Assembly (NCBI GenBank): GCA_002269645.1
Contig: NIVC01001781.1
Span: forward strand, 1-64,000
DNA length: 64,000 nt
Direction: 5' to 3'
Source of the DNA: Macrostomum lignano
Taxonomy: Eukaryota
In this document: in pieces, positions 15,712-27,700 of the stretch
Layout: each line of letters starts with the position of its first letter
How positions within the stretch are numbered: position 1 is the stretch's first letter
Notes under the pieces: generated by a model
Seen by the model: only the letters and a program-made list of their open reading frames with translations
What the model was told of the DNA's origin: nothing
The model's database searches: none
Program-made: the position numbers and the translations under genes

Positions 15712-18700
15712 ATGATCTGCAATAACTCACAACGCAATGGGCTATTGTATGCTACTTTTAACCAAGATTTTGGTAAGACATAGGCCTACATACAGCCTGA
15801 CCTAGTTTTGATTATATTTGTATTGCGTAATATTGTTAGGCTAGTATATAAATTTATATAAAGTTGCATTCATGTCATTGTCATTCTTAAAAATGATATT
15901 AGAGCTTGGTAGGAAGGTATATCATTTTTGGTATAGTTGTGAATTGGATTTTTTGGTAACAGGCTGGCCCATAGATGCCCAACACCTATCCAACCTGTCC
16001 GAACCAGATGGGTGAAATGGCTGCCAGCCAAGGCAAGTCACAAAATTGTAAATGCAAAAAATAAAAAATTGGGGAAGAAAGAAAGAAGAAAAAAGGAGAG
16101 AGAGAGAAGAAAAGAGAAAAAAGCAGGAAAAGTCATACAAAGTAAAAATTAAGTTGCAATTAGCAGGAACTAAGTTGCAAATCTATACAAAACTATTAAC
16201 TAAGTCACACTAGACTAGATAGGTGAAATTTTGAGGTTGGGCATATATGGGCTAGTCCTAAGTCTACTAATAAGGGCATATAAGGCTATGTTATTTAAAT
16301 AACTTTGCTAAATAGGCATGCCCTATTATATAAGCCTATGACACTAGTAAATTTGTGCACCATTGCACCAGCTCATATAGCATAGCTGTAATGGTATGCT
16401 GATGCTAAAGTTGTAAAAAATTACTTTTAACAATGTTTTTTAAAGTAACTTCCAGTTCCAAGATCTAAGGTAATTAACTTTTGGCACTTGTTCCAATACC
16501 AGTATTTACTATAAAAAGTAACTTCTATTACTTCTATTACCAGTCCTAATTTTAAAGAACTGCCTATTAAAAAGTTCTCAAACATGTCTTTATGAAAAAA
16601 GTATATACTAGCCCTAGTCTGGAGTTAAACATGCTATTATTCTTCCATAAAGATGCTTTATAATATTTATTATTATTATCACATTCAAAATTTGAGTGAA
16701 TAAATAAAACCTTTATAAAACAAGAATTAGGCCTAGCCTTATTAGAAATTTAAAATAAATATAAAAAATCTGCAAACAGGTGACATAGGTCAAATTGTAG
16801 CTCAAAAGCATGACATGACATAGAACATAATAACTTTTGCACTGAATACAGGTGTAACACTAATTAGCTGATGAGGAATCTAGCCCTAATAAGACAATCA
16901 TAGTTATTCTTGCTGTTTACCTAAAAATTGCATTATGCTAGTACTGGGACACTATCTACCTTGACTTCAACTATAATGCAACACTAAAAAGTTCCAAAAT
17001 TTCAACAGACAATCTAATGCTTTTGTCCACTTATTCCAATAAAGAGGATTAGTAGTATCTAATATATAAAGATGCTACACATGTGATTTATAGGAAGAAA
17101 TTCAAAGACAAATTTTCAAATGTTTATTTTGACTCTAAAGTTATAGAAAAACAAGGGCAGATTTAGAGGGACATAGGGGGAGGGGCAGCTGCCTTTTTTA
17201 TCCCAAAATAGCTTGACAAAACATATTGTGCCCCCAAAACCTACAAGGGGTAGTCAAAAAGTTCTTGGACTTTGCTTCATAAAACCAAAAGAAGTCTAGT
17301 CAATTTTAATTTTTAGAATTTTTCAAAGTAATCTCTAGTGTTCCGCCGCCGCGAGTTTTGACCTCTGTAACCGTAACCATAGCCGTAAGAAAGAAGCAAC
17401 TTCCGTAGCCAAATTTTGCCGTCATTACGGGCTAAAAAAGTCCGTAACCGTAATTTGCCGTAACCGTAGCCGTAATGTATAACAAAAATTGATATTTTTG
17501 CATGAAAAGTAGGGCAGACAGAAAAGGACAGATAAAAAGGATAAAAGGATAGCAATAAAACCTACTTGTTGTTCGTTCATGCATTAATATTCATTTATTT
17601 TTTCGTAAATATAATATCTTTATCGAAGTATTCTATAGCATTGCTGTATGCAATTGTGTGCTTGGTGCCTTTTTCAGTTTTCTGTGTCGTGATTCTGTTT
17701 TGTTTCGCTACAATATGAATATATGACTGACGTGCCAAGGTCAATGTGTATGTTTAATATCATTAAATAAATATATGAATTTGTTCAAATAAAACTGCTT
17801 CAAAATTTCCGATGACTAAGAAATTGCATGTTACATTTTTCATTTTCATTTTATTGCATTGTCTATTGTATTGTCTTCTTTGGTTTCAATCAATTTTCAA
17901 TCATAATTCATATTCTTATCCTATTAGTATTTATTTAGTATTTCCTTATTAATATTCTTTCATCCTTATCCTCATAATCTAAATCTAATATCCTATTTTT
18001 ATGCTAAGGAGCTAAATGCTACATATGGCTAAGAAATAAGAATGCCAGATTCTTAGTCTCTTGTAGGCTTTGACTGGCTCTCTCTGTCTCGCTGCTATCA
18101 TGCTATTGCTATGCTATGCTATGCCGTATGCCTAATGAGAAAATTCGTGAAAAAATTCGTTTTTCATTTTCAAGAAGTTTCGTAGATATTTAGAAACTTA
18201 ACAAATGTAAAAAATAATAATAACTAGTAAAACAAAATGAAAACTGGTTGAAGTTGATATAAAAAAATTCTTTTATAACACTAAACAGTTAAAAATAAAT
18301 AATTTTTGTTACGGCTACCAATTACGGCAAGTCTAGAAAAATCTCCGTAATCCGTAACCGTAACCGTAAGCTCAAAATATGTCCGTAACCGTAATCCGTA
18401 ATGAAAATACGGCTTCAAAAGTGTCGTAGCCATAATTTGCCGTAGCTGTAGCCGTAATTACGGCAAAACACTAGTAATCTCCATTAGCATTAATGCAGCA
18501 ATCCTAGTGCTTTGGCAACTTCTTGATCCTAGCTGCAAACCACTCTAGGTTGACCTCCAAACCACTTCTCAAGGTCACACCTTAGCTCCTTTTCCACCAT
18601 GGAGGGCATCCTTCATCAAATTAAAGAGGTAGTAATTGCTAGGTGCCTGATCAGGGCTATATAGTGGATGTGGCAGAATTCACCAGTTTTTTCTGCATAT

Positions 18701-21700
18701 TTCTACCAGTGTAGCTTGGGATGTGTGGGACTGCACATTGTCATATAGCAGAAAAATGCCAACATGCAGTTTCCTAGGTTGGCATTTGACTAGCTGCAAC
18801 TATAAACCAGCCAGGGATGCCATATAGCACTTAGAGTTAAGGTCTGGCCTTTCTTTAGGTAGTCAATAAAGATGACTCCTTCACAGTCCTAGAAAATTGT
18901 TACCATTGTTTTAGTGATAGCTGGTACTGCCTTGGCCTTGGTTGGGGAGGGCTCTCCAAGGGCCATCCAAACTTTGGAATGCTGTTTAGTTTCAAGGTTG
19001 TAGTGTGGTAACTAGGTTTTGTCAATGGTAACAAAATTATAATAAATAATAATCTAGTAATAAGATCACCTCTCTTTTACCTTTTTATAATTGTATTATA
19101 AGTATTTTGGTAAAAGTTTTGCACTTTTGGAAAATATTAAGTGCTAAATTGGCTATTTTGGCACCTAAAGTTTCTTTTTCAAGTGCATGAAAACTGGAGT
19201 TATCAAAAAGTAACTTATACTTTAGGTTTAGGATCTTAAAACCAAAATGTAAAACCTTGGGTAACTTGGCTTGCTACTATTGTTGGCATTGCTACTACCT
19301 CTATAACCTTAAAAGAACTATCTTGTTTTTTAAAAAGCAGTTGAGACAAGGTTTTATAGCTTTCTTAGTGGTGTTGACCTAGGCACTGACCTAGAAACAC
19401 AAGTACCACTTTTTTTCAAATTGGTTAATATTAGAAATCTTGAATTTCTTAAGTGGTGGCTCAATACTCTTGCAGTATGTCTTGTACAAATCTGCTTCTT
19501 TCTTCTTTTCCAGTGATACAATTTGGTTAGAAACTGTCAAAGAATACTTTAGAATTATAGTTTGGGCCTTTGGCCATTATTATTGGATGGTTCATTGTCC
19601 TCATCTTTTTCTTCATTATCTGCTTCATTAGCATCACTATCTGTATAACAGTTCTTTAGAACACTTAGAATTTTAGTCAATAGATATCTCCTTGTCAAGA
19701 TTCTCAAATGTAGCTTCAATATTATAAGTATCTTCAGAAAGGTATTCAATAGTTCATTCAGCAATTTTAATGGTAGCATAAGAGCCAAGCTTGACAATAA
19801 CAGCATCATGAAATCCATTTTGATCTTTAAAGTTGGATTTTTAAATGCTCCTTAAATTCCATTTTTGTAGCCTTATCAATATGACTAAGAAAACAAGAAT
19901 TTACACAAATAACTCCACTGTGTATATTTGTCTTTGGGAACTATAAAATTACATGTTTTAAACTTAAGGTTGCAAACTTGTCAAGTTTAGTAGCTTGTTT
20001 TGAACAAGAAACTCTACTATCTCTTGTCCTATTGAAAGATTCTCAAAGTGAAAAAAAAATAAAGTAATGGAGGTTCAAATTTTTTTAAGTTTACATATGT
20101 AATAAAAATTACAAATATAATAAATAAATATGTATAAAGTCTAGTAAAAAATATAAATAGCTAAAATAGGGACTTTAGTAAGGGTCCTATGCAGTTATGG
20201 ATCCAGAAAATTTTTGTGGGGGAGGGACAAGCTATGCTACTATATCAAGCACTATAACCCAATATTGGAAAATGGACCTTGCATTGTTGCAAGCCAAAAA
20301 ATATGGCCCATTTTTACCTTGGCTGAAAAATGTGGGCCTGGCCCCCTTTGCCCCCCCCCCCCCCTGGATCCACTGGTCCTTTGACTTGCCAACATGCATA
20401 GAAAACAAAAGGGAAATTTGACTTAAAGGGTGGTGGCTCATGTATGGCAAATGAATTAACCTTATGTAACTCCACCTTATAAGCTTAAGTTCACATAATA
20501 GTCCCTAATTGTCCCCTTGCTTGTTATCTCCTATTTCAGGTCCAATATCAGAGTGCATGGACATTTTTATAATTTTAACAAATATGCCATCTTTATAAGC
20601 AACTTAATCAGGATAAATATATGTACTTTTATTTACATAGCAGTTTTTATGGTACACTTTTTGTATACTAGAATTTTCACTTGAGCCATATATACACAAG
20701 AAAATGTAGTGCATTGAAAATCACAAATCTTGAAATCTTAATGATGATTACAAATTTAACCAGGGAGCCTTATTAACTCTTTTCTGGCAATGAGCATTGT
20801 CATAGTTACACTGAGAAACTGCAAGTCTATGTTGAATTCAATTTATAAAGCAACTATGTGATAGAATAATCCTACAGAAATTGACCAAACACCATTGCCA
20901 TTACTAGGCTGTTTCGCCTGCGGCATGTGCAACGGATTTCGTATTTACAACACCGAGCCGCTAAAAGAGAAAGAGCGCCAAGATTTCCCAGGGGAATCTG
21001 GCAGTGGCGGTGCAATGGGCGGCGTTCGTCTCATTGAGATGCTCTACAGGTGCAATTACGTTGGCCTGGCATTTTCTAACAATCCCAAATATCCGCCTAA
21101 CAAGGCCGTCATCTGGGATGATGTGAAGAAAAAGTTTGTCATTGAAATGGAATTTGCTAGCGAAGTGCTGGCTATTAGACTAAGAAGGGAGAAGTGAGTG
21201 AATTTTTATGTACAGATTGATCCCATTTCTAAACCTACAGATTGATCCCATCTCTAAACCTACAGATTGATCCCATCTCTGAATCTACAGATTGATCCCA
21301 TCTCTAAACCTACAGATTGATCCCATCTCTAAACCTACAGATTGATCCCATCTCTGAATCTACAGATTGATCCCATCTCTGAATCTACAGATTGATCCCA
21401 TCTCTAAACCTACAGATTGATGATGGGTCTAAACCTACAGATTGATCCCATCTCTGAATCTACAGATTGATCCCATCTCTAAACCTACAGATTGATCCCA
21501 TCTCTAAACCTACAGATTGATCCCATCTCTGAATCTACAGATTGATCCCATCTCTGAATCTACAGATTGATCCCATCTCTAAACCTACAGATTGATGATG
21601 GGTCTAAACCTACAGATTGATCCCATCTCTGAATCTACAGATTGATCCCATCTCTGAATCTACAGATTGATCCCATCTCTAAACCTACAGATTGATCCCA

Positions 21701-24700
21701 TCTCTAAACCTACAGATTGATCCCATCTCTAAACCTACAGATTGATCCCATCTCTAAACCTACAGATTGATCCCATCTCTAAACCTACAGATTGATCCCA
21801 TCTCTGAATCTACAGATTGATCCCATCTCTGAATCTACAGATTGATCCCATCTCTAAACCTACAGATTGATGATGGGTCTAAACCTACAGATTGATCCCA
21901 TCTCTGAATCTACAGATTGATCCCATCTCTAAACCTACAGATTGATCCCATCTCTAAACCTACAGATTGATGATGGGTCTAAACCTACAGATTGATCCCA
22001 TCTCTGAATCTACAGATTGATCCCATCTCTAAACCTACAGATTGATGATGGGTCTAAACCTACAGATTGATCCCATCTCTGAATCTACAGATTGATCCCA
22101 TCTCTGAATCTACAGATTGATCCCATCTCTAAACCTACAGATTGATCCCATCTCTAAACCTACAGATTGATCCCATCTCTAAACCTACAGATTGATCCCA
22201 TCTCTGAATCTACAGATTGATCCCATCTCTAAACCTACAGATTGATGATGGGTCTAAACCTACAGATTGATCCCATCTCTGAATCTACAGATTGATCCCA
22301 TCTCTGAATCTACAGATTGATCCCATCTCTAAACCTACAGATTGATGATGGGTCTAAACCTACAGATTGATCCCATTTCTGAATCTACAGATTGATCCCA
22401 TCTCTAAACCTACAGATTGATCCCATCTCTAAACCTACAGATTGATCCCATCTCTAAACCTACAGATTGATCCCATCTCTGAATCTACAGATTGATCCCA
22501 TCTCTAAACCTACAGATTGATCCCATCTCTAAACCTACAGATTGATCCCATCTCTAAACCTACAGATTGATCCCATCTCTAAACCTACAGATTGATCCCA
22601 TCTCTAAACCTACAGATTGATCCCATCTCTAAACCTACAGATTGATCCCATCTCTGAATCTACAGATTGATCCCATCTCTAAACCTACAGATTGATCCCA
22701 TCTCTAAACCTACAGATTGATCCCATCTCTGAATCTACAGATTGATCCTATCTCTAAACCTACAGATTGATTCCATCTCTAAACCTACAGATTGATCCCA
22801 TCTCTAAACCTACAGATTGATTCCATCTCTAAACCTACAGATTGATCCCATCTCTAAACCTACCGATTGATCCCATCTAAACCTACAGATTATCTACAGA
22901 GTGATCCAATCTCACTATCCTCTCACCCACAGGATCGTTATCGGTCTGCACACAGCCGTGAAAGTGTTCACATTCACCCAGCCGCCCAGCCTGTTACACG
23001 TGTTCGAATCGAGCCCGAATCCCCACGGTTTAATAGCACTGTGCCCCTCGTCTGACCGGCAACTATTAGCCTTCCCCGGGCACAGCAGTGGGTCGGTGGC
23101 CCTGGCCGATCTGGGCCAGCCAGACCGACCAAAAGGCCAATCCGCTAATCTGCTGCACGCTCACGAAGGCAGATTGGCGGCCCTATCTATGAACAGTCGC
23201 GGCACATTGTTAGCAACTGCATCTGAGAAGGGCACACTGATTCGCGTGTTTCAACTGCCTCAACAGCAGCAGCAGCAGCCGCAGTTGCTGCACGAGCTCA
23301 GACGAGGATCTCAGCCTGCCCGAGTTTATTGCGTCACATTCAGCTCCGATAGCGGGTTGCTATGCGCCGCTTCCGATCGAGGCACCGTACACGTGTTCCG
23401 ATTAGATTATAATGATCAACAGTTGAGTCAGCGGGCTAGCGGCGAGTCTCAACAGCAGCAGCATCACGCTCTGGAAGCTTCGCCAGCAACTGCTGCCGCT
23501 TCTGTAGCAAAATTCTTTAGTCAGGTTACTAGCGTAGCCAGGTTGCCAATACAGCCAGGCGTGCCGACTGTCTGCGCCTTCGGACAGGATAGCTTAGGCC
23601 GCACCTGTTCGCTTATTGGTGAGATATTTGATGTTCATTATGCTACTTGTTAGTAGGATATCGATCTAAATAATGTTAGCGCCTAATAGGCAATGACCTC
23701 CAAAAGAAGTTCTAATATTGAGTCCCCTAATTGAACATCAGGTGTTATTGAGTCCCCTAATTAAACATCAGGTGTTTATTAAATCCCCTAATTAAACATC
23801 AGATGTTATTAAGTCCCCTAATTAAACATCAGGTGTTATTAAGTCCCCTAATTAAACATCAGGTGTTTTTAAGTCCCCACAATGAAACATGATGTGCTAT
23901 TGAGTCCCCCTCTAATCGAACATCAGGTGTTATTGAGTCCCCTAATTAAACATCAGGTGTTATTGAATCCTTCAAAAAATTGCTAGCATGCCAATGTTCT
24001 TAAAAGTATCGGCGACATTGGTCAGTCCTAATGATGAGTATAAATTTGTTTTAGAGAGCCTACCTTTCATTTATTGGGCGATGAGCATTGTCATAGTTAC
24101 TCTGAAGGACTTGAGTTGTTATTGGATTTTAATGATCATTGTTCAGCCGTGCAAGATTGTACAAAAATCTTGTCTATTTGAGTACATATAATTGCTTAGG
24201 TTACTAAAACTATTTTACAGATAGAGTTCTAATGATGAGTATATTAATCTTTTCGAGAGCCTGTAGGCTTTTAGCCTTTGCATTATTTGGCGATGAACGC
24301 TGTCATAGTTACTCTGAAGACTCTTACGACTTTAAATAGTGTAGGTTGATAGATTCATTTTTGTGTATTTTGTTTATAATTTGGAGTCTAGATGATGAGT
24401 AAACATATTTTCAGGAGCCTGATTTGCTATTTTTTGGCAAAGACTATTGTCATAGTTACACTGATAGACTCCATTATATTTAGTTCTTTATAGTTATAGA
24501 CTGGCTCACTTTAAAAAGCGACATTGTCACACAACCGGCGAGAGGCATTACTGCCCATTCCGCCGACTCCCCTGATCATACGATCAGGTCCAGCCAAGCC
24601 AAGATCAGCTCTAGACTGCTAGCTCATGGAGGGGGCGTTGCTGAAATGCTGTGGCTCATGGTGGGTGCTAAGATGCTTTGATCCTAAGCTCATAGCGGAT

Positions 24701-27700
24701 CTGATAGGTAATGCTTTTTCACTTTAATAATCTTTCCTAAAAGATTAGTAGTCGTGACTACAAGGTCAAAACGTACCTGTTAGTTTATTAAAAATGTTTC
24801 TTTTTTCTTGCCTCCCCAACAGGGGGCACAGATAGCTAGTTTAACCTATTTTTTATTAAATATTTCGAGTCTTAATGATGAGTTCAATTTGTATAGAGAG
24901 CCTGTTGTATTTTATTTGGCGATGAGCATTGTCATAGTTACACTGAAAGACTCGAAATTTAACTTTTTAGGTAAATTATTTTTCGAGGCATTTTATAAGC
25001 TGGTATTTCATTGTCTTAAGTAGAGCTGCATTGCAATCTAAAAAAAAATTAGTTGTCAACAAATCGATTTTGAAAGAAACTTTTAAACTGTACTCGTTTA
25101 TTCTTTTGAGGATTAATAACCAAATAATAAATAACCATAGCATTTTAATTTACTGCCTAATGCACTCCGATTAACAATATTGTATTATAAATTAATAAAC
25201 GGGAGATAAATATAAAGATAAGCGAGCCAAGGACCGTTACAAGAGATTTAGGACGAGCAACGCAAAATTGAAGAATAAGGAAGCAAAAGTGTTACGTCAC
25301 TATGCACTGTTTATAAATTAGAATACTTATTAATAGTCGAGAAATCATAATCAGAGGCCTAAATCGGAACTCTGTTGCAAGAACGCTCTATTTAATGCTT
25401 CACTGCAGTGGCATTGCAAAAGGCCACTTGGTACTTTTTCGGGTCGTGCCCTCGCTTCAGTCGAACCAATTTCAGATTTCTATTTAGATACTTGGCGCTG
25501 TTAAAGTCGTAGGCATTCTTAATCAGGATGTTGAGCACTGACTGGTCATATCTGTGACAGTGCATGTATCGACTCTTATAAGCGTGCTGATTGCGATGAA
25601 GGTTTGAGCACTTTCGCCTGGCTCTTAGCGGAGCCATGCAGTGTCTTTCTAGGCCGCAGAGTACAAACCAGAGCATGATGTTGTCACGAACGAATCTTAA
25701 AGGAAAGAGAATATGCGAATAACGGTTCAAAATTTTCATAGTTCGTTGAGATTGTTTTCTCTATAAAAAACGAATAGATCGGCTTCTCAAATGACGAAGT
25801 TATAAGAGAGAAAAAAGAGCAGCTAATAATAATAAATAATCATTTCTTAACGCCTTGAAGGACATAGTCAACGCAAGTGTTGTACAGCAGTCTTTACTTT
25901 CTAATCGTCAGGCATGTACCGTACACTGTGCCTTGCGGGTTAGCCCTCATAGTTGTAAATCGTACAACCTGTCGGCGAATTTTCTTGCACAAGCCCTAAA
26001 TGATGCAGTCGTGCCAAGGGTCGTGACGCGAGAGTCAGGTGCGTTTGACGCTGAGCTACTCTGTCCCAATGATGAGAGATGAATACCCGGCACCAAGTGA
26101 TCTAGATCGAAGAGTGAACAGCGCCAGCTTACTTAATGTCACTTACTTTGTATTAATAAGTATAATAGGAGCCGTTTGCATTTGCCCGCTAGTTTTAATG
26201 CGCAACGGATCTGTTGGCAGGTAGCGGTACACTTCCGGATGCGTCACAGTCAGCGTAGAGTACACGTGCTTGCCGCCGAATATCATAGCACCAGTCTGTT
26301 TAGCGAGTTGCACAGCTCGGCCTAGCATTGCCGCATTCATCACTACTCGAGACGAAGATTCTAGCCATAGTATAGCGCCGTACTCGTTTAGTGCGGTCTG
26401 TAGAACTAGCGGTTTCCAGTAGAATCGCGATATTAGCCTTGTGTAAGCTGGATAGCCCACAAATACAAACTTTCGATAGTGCACGTTGCATAACCGTTTG
26501 AGCTGCGTGTTTTTAAGATGAATTTCAATATACGATTACGATGCCACATATCAATAGACCCTATAAGAAAGGCACAACATTCAGTAAAAAAATTTAAAAG
26601 TCAAAAAGATCAATAAACATCAAAAGATGAACACTAGCTGGGTCTCTCCCTGATACCGAAAGCAATAACAATTTGTGTGCTGAAAAAATAGTTACTTCCT
26701 ATCTCCGTAGTGTATTTTTCGGCGAAAACCAGCCTCCTCAACATTTTCTAAGAAACGGTAGTTTCCCGTCCTACTTGAGTATTTGTGAACTTAAGCTCAC
26801 AAAGCTACTCACCTGAGTAATCTCGTCCATTTTGAGTCCAATGTCAAACACAACCAGTGTTCGATTTGGAAATTGTTTCTGTACGCTAGCAATCATGTCT
26901 AAGCTGTCTTCAAAGCGCAGATGGCTCACAGCCGTCACGAATTGTACGTCGCGTATCTTTTGCGCATCTTTCACGCAATGATTTAGTCCTGTTAGGCCAA
27001 GCCGTCTCAGTATTGGACTAGTTTTACGCACCGTGAAGTAAAGGCCCTTTCGTTTGGGTTGATATGGCGGCGAATACTGCAGGTGTTGCATGCGATGCCG
27101 CATGATGGCGTGCTTCAACGCTGCTAGTTGGAATCGTTGCGGATTTGGTCGCTCGTGGAAGTGGCGTTGGGAGCCGGCAACCATCGCTGCGTGATGACGC
27201 AACGATTCGTCGTGTTGACGGTCTTTGTCGCTTCGATTGACAATCTTTAGGTTTCGTAAATTGCGTGAGACTTGTAGTTTTAGAATTTGAGCAGTAAAGA
27301 AAACTAAACTACGAGTAAAGTAAAAGATTCTACCCTCACAAAACGTAGAAAATTCACCTGAAGCCTTGGGGTATTTTTCAATTGACTGTCTCTACGCATG
27401 TCGTTTTTTATAAACAAAGTTGACTGAAAAAACTGGTATAAAAAGCAACAAAAATATCTGAAGGATCTAAAGTCCTTAGTTAAATTATCAATTAGGGACA
27501 AACGACTGAAAAATTCCCTATCGCGCTGATGCATGTTGGGCCAAAAATCGACATTCAGTAAAATTTTGAGCATTCAGAAAGGGGCATCACAAACCCGAAA
27601 TATCAACACCGAAAGCACTTCCCACCATAAAACCAAAATACGAGGTCGTAGCAATGCCCATCAAACCCGAAATATCATAACGCCGAAAACTAAAATAGCT

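Noticed and set aside
19440-19950. Acidic/hydrophobic ORF fragments in WIPI3 intron 1
   Set aside because: Multiple stops and no recognisable motif; possibly a decayed element but unassignable.
24053-24060. Conserved GAGAG in the snoRNAs as a second rRNA-pairing element
   Set aside because: Only ~6 bp, variable between copies, and explained by a degenerate D' box plus the GCC/GGC stem.
24198-24201. AG|GT recursive splice site 94 nt after snoRNA copy 2
   Set aside because: The spacing matches copy 1, but the polypyrimidine tract is weak and AGGT is common; no equivalent site for copies 3 and 5.
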